Below the pieces are notes generated by a model, which made no database searches, had not been told where the DNA came from, and saw only the letters and a program-made list of their open reading frames with translations. DNA of 64,000 bases from Raillietiella orientalis (taxonomy: Eukaryota), in NCBI GenBank assembly GCA_036172245.1, contig JAYWIR010000001.1, positions 2,976,001 to 3,040,000 of the forward strand. Direction: 5' to 3'. Shown piece after piece: positions 25,801 to 35,946 of this stretch (within the stretch, counting starts at the first letter, position 1; each line of letters starts with the position of its first letter). Position numbers and translations under genes: made by a program.

Positions 25801-26877
25801 CGCCGGTCTTTCCGAAAACACGTGCTGCGCAGTTCCGGCCGGCCGCGAAGCAGCTGGGGTAGAGAGGGGCTGGGGCAGGGGCAAACGGGGGCAGCACGGC
25901 ATCCCCAAGGGAGGCTCACCGAGGTCTTCGCTCCTCCGAGGCAAACGCAATGGTACCGTCGCTCCCCACCCCTTGAAGGGGCGAAGGCAAACCGCTCCCC
26001 ACCGATCCCAGGCAGGCGGCAGCAACAGGACGATTCCCCGTCGGTGAAACGGGGAAGCAGGCACGGTTCCGCCATGGGAAGAAAGGGAAAGCGCGTTTTC
26101 TTCCCCCTCTGCGCTGGAAGGCTTCGGGTAGGCGTCCCTGAGAGGCTCGCGTGGGCGGACGGGTCCTCAGACCTTTCCCCTTTTTTTTTTTTTTTTTTAT
26201 TTTCAACACCGCCGTCACGTCTCGTCCTTGTTGAGGACCACCTCAATCCCGGGCACACACTGCAGGGCAGGAGTCCCAGGAAAAGAACGCCGGGTCGCCG
26301 AGGAAGAAGAACGCGCTTTGCTGACACTTCCACGTCCACCCGCCCGTGGGTGACGTGCGGACGGGACAGTGGGGGAGCAGGGACGAACGAGAATTCGTCC
26401 CTCTTCATCCTCCCCATCTCACCCACCTCCCCTCGCGGTCCGTTGCGTTTCTCCGCCGCAGCGAGGGTCGCCGAAGTCACCCCCGGCCGCCCAGACTGCA
26501 GCGGGCGAAGGGCAGGGTGGGGGCGGGCGTAACGCAAGTTCCTTCGCCTGACTCTTCTTGCTCGGAGGGATGGACGCCTGGGAGGTTCCTGGAGACGTAG
26601 ATGCCGCCGGGGAGTGGAGCCGGCAGGGGGACGGCGACGGACAGAAGGCCTCTTGGACGCTGGTGGAGAGGGGCAAGGAGGGATGCGGCCCGTAATGAAG
26701 GGGGAAGGAGCAGTGGCGGCGAGCAGCTCGCTCTCCTGGATCCGCACGGGGAGGGTGGGCAGTGGGTTCTCTGGCAGTAGTAGACTTCAAGGGGAGCGGT
26801 GGGGAGGACTGCAGGAGGGAAGAGGGGGGAGGGGCAGGGCCGGGAAGAAAAGGGAGAAGGGGGAGGGAGGGTGAAGA

Positions 26878-27244
26878 TCACAGCCCGTTCTCTACCGTGG
26901 CTGTCTTGAGGGTGCCCACGATCTCGGCGTACTCCGTCTTGTCGGGCTCGTCGCCGCGCCGGCCCGCGGGCCCTTCCCGGCCCGCGCCCAGGTCCAGCTC
27001 CGCGTACACGACCTTCTCGTCCCGGACGAGCCTCCAGGTCTCTTCGCCGCCGTCGGGAGGGGAGCGTCTCTTCCTGTCGGGGCGAGCAGGGCCGAGGGCA
27101 GTGGTCGCGGTCGTGGTGGCTGCGGTCGCCGCCGCCGCCGCCGCCGGCGGCCTCTTAACAAAGGCCGCGCGGAAGATGGCGCGGGCGGGGTGCCTCTTCG
27201 GTTTCGCGCTGCCTCCTTCGGGGCCGCCGCCGTCAGGGGGCGGA
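26878..27244 (-). CDS. Fas3: Fas3-like alternative terminal exon B (long tail with VVYAEL and TEYAEI motifs)
   Basis: Branch-point-like CTGAC, then phase-2 acceptor ccgcgcag|. Reads PPPDGG...EKVVYAELDL...DKTEYAEIVGTLKTATVENGL*. Confidence 0.8.
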
Positions 27245-27419
27245 CTGCGCGGAGACAACACGTGGTCGGTCAGGTCCCACTTCCCGTGGCCCGGTCCCCG
27301 CCCCCTTCACACCCCCAGCGGCGGCTCGAGATACTCACACCTCTTCCTGGTTCCCTGCGGGAGGAGCTGCAAGAAAAACGTCAAAGTTACCCGTGGGCAT
27401 TGTTGTTGTTGTTTCTTTC

Positions 27420-27450
<31 letters not shown>

Positions 27451-30400
27451 TTGGTCACGAGAGTTCACAGGCACAACGATCACGTCACGGAAGGGAGGAA
27501 AGAGTATCCGGCACGGAGATGGGAATGGCGGTGGAGGAGGAGGGCAGGATGTGGTGGTGGTGGTGGTGGCGGCGGGTTCGAAAGCGAGGTGGTAGCTGCT
27601 GTTGCTGTTGTTGTTGTTGTTGCTGCTGCTGCTGCTGCCGCCGGTCACCAGCGAGCGAGCGGTTGCGGGAGGAGGGGGCGGCGCGCGCGGGAAAGGAGGG
27701 AGGTAGGGAGGGAGGGAAATGTTCCCGCCCCCTCTCCCATCACACGGGGGTGTCCCCCCCCTTCCGCTCCTCGGTCTTCCCGTTCAGGTTGGCCTCCTCC
27801 CCTTTCACCTCGGAGTGGTGGGCGGGGTTGACCGTTCCGTCCGGATGGGAGGGACGCTCCGCCCCGATGGCGGCTTGGCTCGACGACATCTTCCTGTCTG
27901 GAAGGGGTGTCCGTCCGTGAGTTGTGAAGAGGGCAGGAGTGTGTGCAAATGTGGGCAGGAACACAAGGGGAGAGAACTAGGGTGGATCAGGCGGGGAAAG
28001 CATGGTGGTGGTGAGGCGAACCCCTCGCTACCCCCCGTCCAGTGTGCATCGGGAGAAGGAAGAGGCACGCACGTGAGGGTGATGAGGTTTGCGTGCAGAT
28101 GCATGAAGTGCTAGCGCGTAGGGATAGAACAGGGATGGGGTGGGAGTGCGAAAAACCCTCCGCTCTCTTCTGCCCTATCCCACACTCTTTCTCCTCTTTG
28201 GACTGTTGGGATTTCCTTGCTTAACTCCCCCCTCCCCTCCCCTCCCCTCCCCAATCCGTCGGCAGGGAGAAGTACGGGGAGCAGGGAAGACACAGGACGG
28301 ACAAAAAAAACTTGTCGCGGGCAGAGGCGGGAAGACACCATCAGCAGTTTCGAACTCACCGTTGAAGCACAGCGACCGGCGGCGCCTGGCAACCACCAGG
28401 ACGAGCACCAGGAGCAGCAGCACGACGACTGCGATGACGATCCCTACGACAGCTCCTTCGGGAAGATTTCCGGCTTCCGACACTGCAAGAGGGAGTTACG
28501 GAAGCATAAGAAAAAAAGGAAAAAAAAGAGTAGGGTAGGAGGGAACAACAACAAAAAACAATGCGGGTGCGCTCGCATGCCGCGCGCCAGAGGAGGTCGT
28601 GCGCTGCGTGGGCAGACAACAGACAAGAAGCACAGCCTTCAGGTACATATAAAAAAAAAGGGGGGGGGGGGGGAGACAGGGCAAAGACGTAAAAGCATGC
28701 GAAGCGCAAACCTGGGATGCAGCCAAAATACTAACCACTCACGGACGACTGCCCACCTGCCAATGGCCGGTTACCCAGCAACACCTGAAATGGGAAGTCC
28801 TGCGTCTTGGCGCCAATGACGCGGAGGATGTAGTTTCGTGCGTCCTGCTGGCCGATGGATGAGATCAGCAGCGCGGCCTGATACTTGTCTTTCTGTGGAC
28901 ACACACAGAAAAAAAACACGGGTTAAAAGGGTGCTGAAGGATGAAGGAAGGTGAACAGCAGAGAGAAACAAGAGGGTGGAAAACGCAGGCAGAAGTGAAA
29001 ACGCAAATGAAAAGATGAATGAAATGACACGAGGAGGAGAAGGAGGAGGAGGAGGGAGGCACTGAAGGAGGGAAGTGGACGCCTCCCTTCGCTCCCCTTT
29101 CCTTCGGAGGAGGCAGGTGGAAAAACTCACGTCCAGCTTCTGGATGGACTTCACGACGTACTTGGACCGGTTGGGATTCCTGTATTCGCTGATCACTGTG
29201 CTATCCACGTGCCATTCCACGGACTGGGGGGCTGGGTTGGAGGAGAAGTTGAGGGCCAGCAGCGCATCCTTGCCCGGATGGAAGTACATTCTACGTTCGG
29301 CGTCTTCGGCGAACAGGGGGCCGAAGAACACCTCCACTGTCCGGGAGTCCTCCATGGGCTTCTCCAGGGCACGGTGGACGGCTTGGCAGCGCAGCTTCCC
29401 ACCGTTGTCCTGCGGGGTGAAGCGGTAGGTCAGCCTGCTGGTCACGGTCATTGTGTTCCCGTTCCCGCTCTTGTTCAGGGCATTCGTGACGATGGTCTCA
29501 TACACCTTGTCCTTGTCGGTGATTGGGACGGCTTCGGGGTCGCTCCCTAGGGAGGGAGCGGGGCAAACACGTTAGACAGGAAAAAAAAAAAATGGGGGAA
29601 GAGAGGCCGGGGTGGGGCGGGAGAGGAGGACGATCGCATCCTAACCTAGAAGCCACGTCAGGGAGGCAGCAGGTCGACTGTCCCTTGCTTCACACATCAC
29701 GCTGATCGACTGGTTGTCCTGGGAAACGATGTTCTCCTTTGAGATGATGCCGAACCAAGCAGGAGGCTCTGAAAATGATGCCCCCGGTTAGGATGCGGCG
29801 GGCGCGGGGCGAGGGAAGGCGAGCCGGAACTGCTACGTTACTTGCTACGACGACGGAGATCTCGTGGGACTTGGCGACAGTTCCGCTGACGTCTTCGGTG
29901 ATGGGGGAGCAGGTCCAAATGCCGTGGTGTTGATCTACGACTTTTTCGATCCTGACGTTGCAGGAGTTTTCCGAGGTCTGGATCAGCCGGTACTCCGACG
30001 ACCCCGTTGCTGTGACCACTATGGGGTTGTTATTGTTCATCCACTGGCACACTATCACTTTGGTGTCCGTGGAGCAGTTCAAGGTCAGGGGCTCGCCAAC
30101 CTTCACGACCACCTCTTCGTTCTTCGAGGGCTGGATGAATTTGGTGGAGAAAGCTGGGCGGCAGGAGGAGGAGGAGAAGAAAACAAATGAGAACCATTTC
30201 AAAACGGTGGTGGAGCGTGGATGCTGGTGGCGGAGGAGATGCAAGCGAAACCTCTGGGGGTGGAAGCGGGATGCGAACGGGCGGTCCGCGACCCGGACCG
30301 AGTCGCTGTCTCCCGGATTCCAGTGCCAGGGACCCCCGACACGAGGTCAACATGCAGCCTTTTCCCTTCGCCAGCCGCTCGCAGAAAGTCGAGTCCGGCG

Positions 30401-32464
30401 GAGCCGACGCGGCGCGCGCAGCGGTTGTTCAACCCCTGCCCGGCAGGCGGCAGCTCTCGCAACGCCGCCGCCATCGCCGGAACAACCGACCGTCAGTCCG
30501 ACGTTCCCAAAAGAGTTCGCCTCTCCCTGCTGTTGGGGGGTAGGGGTAGCTGCACGCCCAAGGAACGCAAGCGGAAAAACCTCGCAATTTTTTTGCACGT
30601 CTGCGTCGTCCAAGAAACTGACGTGCAGCATCACCTTTGCATCTTGGCAACCCCTCCATTCCCTCCCGCGAGTCCACTCCCCAGGAGACAACGCCGAAAA
30701 CTCTGCGCTCGGGAACAAAACTGTTTCCGGGCAAAAGTGGGGCGCCGGTCCGTTTTTATTGTTTTTTTTTTTTCTTTCTTTCTCGATTCGCTTTGTTTGT
30801 CCTGGATGGCGGTGGTGGGAAAGCAGGAGGACAGCGAAAGACCCGAAACCAAAGCGCAGGGCCATTCGGAGAAAACTGTGTTTCCGGGAAAACGTAGGAG
30901 GGAGGGAGGGAGGGAAGGGGAGGAGATGGAAGAACGAGGTGGAGACTCACCCGCGCATCTCAGTCGAGGCGCCGCCGCCACATCATGCGGGCATTCCAGG
31001 GAGGAGGAGGAGAGGAGGAGGAGGAGAACGTAATGTCCGCCCGCGCCTCGGTGCTCACGACGCCGACCGAGCGGAAGAGCGGCTCGACGCGCGCGCGGCG
31101 AGAACGAAACGGCGCCCGACTGTCGCCGAAAAATCGTAAGGGGGCCAGGGTCAGTGCCCCAGGCCCTCTCCTGGCTCGTCCCTGCGCCGTCGCTGCCGTT
31201 TTGCCAGAAAGCGCGCGCCAGCAAGATGCCAACAGCAGCAGCAGACGAACGTGCGTGGTCAGAAGGCCCGCCACACACACACACATGCGAAAGGAATCAG
31301 GAAACGAGAACAGTCGACCCCATCGCCACCATGGAGACGGTGGCGGCGACGCCCCTCCCTTTCGTTCTGCTGCTGCTGTTCCCCCCTACCCGCCCTCCCC
31401 AAAGGAGCCCTCGAGTGCTCGTTCGGAACCCTACGGAGAGTCTTCTTGATGGCGCTGGAGTCGCGGTTCTTGGGCTGCCGCCGCGGTCGCAGGCGCGGCC
31501 GATCGATCGCAGGCGCCTGCGACTCGAGAAGATCGGCATTGTGCTCAGCTTCCCCATGGAAACCCTTCTCCCCTCCCCTCCAGGCCTCCTCTCTCTCTCG
31601 GCTATTTGTGCCTTCCTCCTCCTCCGGAGCGCGCGCGGCTCATGCTGACGGACGGACGCGCCTCGCTGTGCCCTTCGGGAACGACATCGTTGCATTCAAA
31701 CGACTCCGCAGCTCGTGCGACTGCCGGAAAGCAGAGGGGCAACGTTTATGCCCCGGGCGAATTTCCAGTCTCCGCGCGCGGACGACCATGCACGCGCACC
31801 TTCGACGGGTCTGCAGGCGCAGCAGAAGGAAAGAATTAACAACAGGAAAAAAAAAAAAAGGAAAGAAAGAAAGAAAGAAAGAAAAGGGAGGAACGACGGA
31901 AAGTCGCTGCGGAGAGGGAGGGCGTCCGAGCTCGGGAACCGCTGCGCTCCGTCCGTTCCCTTTAAAAAGGGAGGAAACAAGAGAACAAAAGAACCCGAGC
32001 CCTCCGAGGTCATGGGAGGAAAAACGGGGAAGGGGATCGTGGTCATCGCCTTTCAGACAAGACGATGCGCCCGCGGTGATAACTCGAAGAACGATGCGGT
32101 CTTTTCCGGAGGCTAACCCCCTCCTACCCCCTTTTCGACGGCAGGAACCGCCGCAGCCACGTCTCCGCAAAGGACTCACCCCGCGCCGCCGAGAAGATGA
32201 AAAATAAATAAATAAAAGGAGCAGATGCGGAGGAGGACGGGGGAAGGAGTGGAGGGAGTGGAAAAAGGGGTAGAGGACCGGACCGCTGAGCCACCCCCGA
32301 GGTGCCGCTTCCCCGTCGGCAGGAAGCGCGGACGCGCGCGCACAGCCATCCGTCCGTCCCCCAAGCGTCCCGCGATCGGATCCCCCCCTCCCCCTCCTTT
32401 CTCCCCCTCTCTTACCGAGCGAAAGAACGCTGGATGAAACCAAAAGCAGCTGGAACGCAGTCAT
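26878..32464 (-). CDS. Fas3: Fasciclin-3-like Ig-superfamily cell adhesion protein (spliced gene: signal peptide, 3 Ig domains, TM, alternative cytoplasmic tails)
   Basis: Exons 32416-32464, 29842-30153, 29646-29768, 29131-29546, 28775-28892 and 28360-28482, then either 27740-27897 or 27339-27366 + 26878-27244. All introns are GT-AG with matching phases (1,1,1,0,1,1, then 2). Spliced CDS is 1299 nt (432 aa) or 1536 nt (511 aa) with no internal stops. Three Ig domains with a Cys-less third domain (LNFSSNPAPQSVEW) and VVYAELDL/TEYAEI tail motifs match insect Fas3 as I recall it; orthology is not tested. Confidence 0.85.
27339..27366 (-). CDS. Fas3: Fas3-like 28-nt micro-exon leading to the long tail
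   Basis: Phase-1 acceptor ttcttgcag|, phase-2 donor GT|GTGAGT. Encodes APPAGNQEE(V) and restores frame into the last exon. Confidence 0.72.
27447..27452 (-). terminator. Putative polyadenylation signal for the short isoform
   Basis: AATAAA on the minus strand between the stop of exon A and the micro-exon acceptor. It runs into a genomic A-tract. Confidence 0.45.
27550..27640. repeat. Compound trinucleotide microsatellite (GGT)n/(GTT)n/(GCT)n in the 3' UTR of exon A
   Basis: Directly visible. Confidence 0.85.
27740..27897 (-). CDS. Fas3: Fas3-like alternative terminal exon A (short tail ending -DTPV)
   Basis: Phase-1 acceptor ccccttccag|. Reads DRKMSSSQ...EERKGGDTPV*. Minus-strand AATAAA at 27447-27452 lies before the next acceptor. 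Confidence 0.75.
28360..28482 (-). CDS. Fas3: Fas3-like exon 6 (transmembrane helix)
   Basis: Acceptor cttgcag|, donor G|GTGAGT. Reads GAVVGIVIAVVVLLLLVLVLVVA followed by the basic stop-transfer RRRRSLCF. Confidence 0.92.
28775..28892 (-). CDS. Fas3: Fas3-like exon 5 (Ig3 C-terminal half)
   Basis: Acceptor ccacag|, donor G|GTAACC. Reads KDKYQAALLISSIGQQDARNYILRV. Alternative same-phase donors at 28757 and 28736. Confidence 0.88.
29131..29546 (-). CDS. Fas3: Fas3-like exon 4 (Ig2 C-terminal half and Ig3 N-terminal half)
   Basis: Acceptor ccctag|, donor |GTGAGT, 416 nt. Reads TVTSRLTYRFTPQDNGGKLRCQAVHRAL...LALNFSSNPAPQSVEW. Confidence 0.92.
29646..29768 (-). CDS. Fas3: Fas3-like exon 3 (Ig domain 2, N-terminal half)
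   Basis: Acceptor ttttcag|, donor G|GTTAGG, 123 nt. Reads KPPAWFG...SISVMCEARDSRPAASLTWLL. This reading frame is absent from the ORF track. Confidence 0.9.
29842..30153 (-). CDS. Fas3: Fas3-like exon 2 (Ig domain 1)
   Basis: Acceptor cccag|, donor A|GTAACG, 312 nt. Reads VGEPLTLNC...CQW...CNVRIEKVVDQHHGIWTC. Confidence 0.92.
32416..32464 (-). CDS. Fas3: Fas3-like exon 1 (signal peptide)
   Basis: ATG...MTAFQLLLVSSSVLSL followed by the G|GTAAGA phase-1 donor. Joined to exon 2 it reads MTAFQLLLVSSSVLSLAFS-TKF, a plausible cleavable signal peptide. Confidence 0.75.
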
Positions 32465-32544
32465 GTCTTCCTAGCTCGGGGTGCCAAACCTCGTGGACGA
32501 AAAGCACAGAAGGTACGCACGCACGAAACGAAAAACCCCACCAC

Positions 32545-32656
32545 GCAACCGACCTTCACGACATTTTGGCTCGACTGAGCGCGTGGCGAGGCGAGCGGCG
32601 TTTCGATTCCGGTCGCGCCGCGCCGCTGCTGCCATCTAGAAAACGAGGTATCGATT
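32545..32656 (-). promoter_or_regulatory. Candidate core promoter of the Fas3-like gene
   Basis: Arthropod-type Inr TCAGTC on the minus strand (32578-32573), 112 nt upstream of the ATG. DPE-like GGTTG at +27, one base off canonical spacing. DRE-like TATCGATT at 32649-32656. CpG-rich surroundings. Confidence 0.45.
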
Positions 32657-35600
32657 TTTTTTCCCAGAATGCCGCCGCCGCCGCCGCCGCCGCCGCGTGG
32701 GGAAGGGAAGCCGAGGGAAGGGAGGGAGGGAGACGAGGAGCGCAGAAAAAAGAAAAGAGTGGAAAAAAAAGGGGGGAGGGGCGGCGAGGGGAGGAAGAGG
32801 GAGGGGTTGCCTCGCCGTTAGCGGGCGCGAAGTGGTGACGCGGGTGAGGGTAGTGCCACGGCGACCGACCGGGCGCTTCCTCTCCACCGCCGGCCGGAGC
32901 GATGGTGCGCGAGCGGCACGTCCTGGAAGCAAATCGAGTCCCTACCGAGTGCGTGCCCCGCGATGTGCGGAGGAAAGGGGTGGGCAGGAGGAAAGAGAGG
33001 AAGGGAGGAGCAGGCCGAGGGTTCTTTCGAAGTCTTCGAAGTCCCGCCCAGGCGCTCTTCCGAGGGCAACACCTCCTCCGGCGGAACAGAGGATGCTGGA
33101 GGAACGTCTTCCTCCTTCTTACGAAGGTGCTGCCGCGAGGATCACCTCGAAATCGAATTGCAAAGTCAGAGAGCAGCTAAGAAGGTTCTTCTTCTCCGTT
33201 TTCATCTCTTTTATGTCTTATTCTTTTTTTTTTTTTTCCTCGTGAGCGGACGGTAAGCAGCGCTGGAACCCCGCCGCTGCAGCGATCCGTGCAAGAGAAA
33301 GCAAGAGAGGAGGAAGAAGAGAGGAAGGCCAGGAAAAAGAAAAAAAAAAAACCCACGAAACGTGCCCAAGAACAGAACATCTCTTCTTGCACATCCTCCG
33401 CAAGCCACAGGACCACCAGGGATGCACCCGCTGCTGCCGCTACCGCAGCAGGTCGGTGTATCGAATCGGCCGCAATCGAACATCCAAAGCAAAGGTCGAA
33501 AGCTCAACACCCTCCCCCTCCTCCACGCCGAACCGCCAAGGAGACGGCGGGAAAGCGGCAGTAGCACTCCGCCGGTGGTCGAAAATCCAATTTTCCTCTT
33601 CCTCCCTGCCTCCGCCTGGGCGAAAGAGCGTAAACAGCGTCTCTTCGGAAGCCTTTTTGTCACCTGACCCCTCGGCAGGCAGACGGGAAGGAGGAAAAGG
33701 AAACCAGGAAAGCTGCTGCAGAGAGGAGGACGGATCCACTGCACACCGAACTGGGCATTGCCGTGCGGACGCCGGTCGCTGGATTTCCGGTCCTGTTGCT
33801 GCTGCTTCAAAATCTTTGCTGCCTCCCCTCCCCCCTGCCCCCGTCGTAATTTCGCCCCCTCAGGAGAGGCACCGCGCAGGCAGGAGCTTTCCAGCGTCCT
33901 TCCTCCCTGACCCAGCCCCCGCCGGCAGAGGGAGTTTGGAGCATGCCAAAAGGCTCCAAACTGCCTCATTGTCTCCTGCGCAGCTTCTAGAGGGCCCACT
34001 GGCTGCTGGGATCTCGCGCACCTGCCCTCAGGGCGTCGACCTTCTGTGCACTAGATGTCGAAACGGGAAGTTCCCCCTGAATAGTACCGAGGGAGGTTAG
34101 CGGAGTTCTTGTCCCAGTGGTCCCGCCAAAGCGACGGAATATCCTCCCGGATGGAGAGAGAACGCAGCAGAGGCGATCCCATCGTCTTCCGTACCGCCGC
34201 AATCCTCCCCATCCCTTGACCTGAGAATTGTCCAGGAGTGTCGCCGTCCCCTACCCGTCGATGGCCTGGTTGCGACCGATCGAGGTTCGCTTTCCAGAAG
34301 TGCCTCCTCGGCAAGGAAAACGTCCGGTGAGGAGAAAGGAGACTGCATATCTGTCGCCTACTTGCTGGAACTTTCGGTTTCCCGGGAAACCTCGCGAGCA
34401 CCTTCGTCAGACTGCCGGCTGATCCGGAGGCCACGAGCCGCCTCGAAGCAGTCCGGTCAGGGCCGCCTACCTGCGTCCGTTTTCCTGCGTCGTCGTCCTG
34501 TGGCCAGAGCAGCTCCTGCATCTTCCGACGTGTCTTCGCCTCCCCCTCCCCTCCTCCTCATTTTCCCTTTCCCTTTGAGCCTTCACGACCACCAGCGAGC
34601 TCTACGCCGCCAGATCTATTTTTTCGCCGAGCTCTCTCCAAGGTCTGGCAGTGCTGGAGGTGCTAGGAGAACCGTTCATGATGGAAAACGTGGTCTGAGG
34701 ATGGTTGCTAAGGGATTTATCTCGATTCAAGCACGCGGAATGTTTTTTCCCCTTATTTTCAGCAAGGATTCAGGACGCCCTCTTGGGGACCACCAGCTCC
34801 CGGTTGCCATGAGAACGCAGCTGCTGACTCGAGGGCAAAAACTGGAGCCAGCGGGCGCATCTCACGAGTAAGATGGAATCCTTGACTTCTCGTTTCTCGT
34901 TCCCTTGGCTCACCGAACACGAGAGCCCGCACTGGGGGGAAAGAGGTGGACGCTGGGAGCGTCAGCAAACGGCGGATGACGAAGCCTCTCGCCAGCCCGA
35001 CGCGTCGGCAAGCAGCGGGTCCCGTCCGGTGAGAAAAAGTTCGGCTTTCCTGCTGGAGAGGAATGTTCGGAAAATCCACGTCATTTGGCGTCCTGAATTT
35101 TGCGCCTCTGAAGCAGTGGTCCACTGCAAACAGTCTCCCAGCTGTGCTGAAAGCGAAGGCAACGGAACGAGATAATGCGAAGCCCACTTTAAGGCTGAGG
35201 ACGTGCTCCGGAATGGCAGCCGATGAGAATGGATCCGCGCTCGGGAGGCTACAAAAGCAGGGGACCGAAAGAAGCTGGGTAGGAGAGCGCGCGGGACGTT
35301 TCCATGGATTGCTTGCTCTCCCTTCAGTCTTCCAAGAGCGCTCGTGACTCTGAATACCAGCGACCGGTGCATGCTGCACGTGTCCACACCCGGGCGGACT
35401 TTTTTAAGTTAACCTGAAGCCGCGCGGGTGCGCTTCTGGAACGGCCACAAGTCTTCTTCCCACGGGAACTCGCAAGCTGAAGATTGGAAGCCGCCGGTAG
35501 GAGTCTCGTTGAGGGAGGAAAGAATCTGTACCGACATGTGCATGGGAACGTGAGCCTAACGAAAGAGAGCGCGCTTTTGCTGTGGCTCTGGACGGCAAGC

Positions 35601-35837
35601 AGTCGCACGCGCGGGTGCGTGCAGACACCGAGCACACGTGGCCTCGCTGTCCGCAACTCTGGGCCCTTCTGTGAAGCCTCGTAGGCGCTTCCACCGGGTG
35701 CCGACCCACGTGGAGCGCCTCGGAGGTGCCGTCCGGCCGTTCTTCCCCCTTGCAGACTTCCTGTGGCCCGCAGGCGATCCTATGCGCCCGTCGCCAGGAC
35801 TTCATTTCCAGGGGCCACGACTCCGAAGCCCGGGGTT

Positions 35838-35946
35838 CCTTTCCTTCCTCCTTTTTTTCCTTTCTGCCTTCCCTTCTCCCCCTTTCTCCTTCCCTTCCTC
35901 CTCCTCCTCCTCCTCCTCTCTTTCTCCTCCTCCCTTCTCTCTCTTC
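35838..35946. repeat. Polypyrimidine (CT/CCT) tract
   Basis: About 110 nt almost purely C/T. Confidence 0.85.

Noticed and set aside
29958..31139. 393-aa plus-strand ORF
   Set aside because: It is the antisense shadow of Fas3-like exon 2 and intron 1.
30960..31286. Signal-peptide-like ORF as Fas3 exon 1
   Set aside because: No in-phase GT donor follows the hydrophobic stretch. The 32416-32464 exon has a consensus phase-1 donor and fits better.
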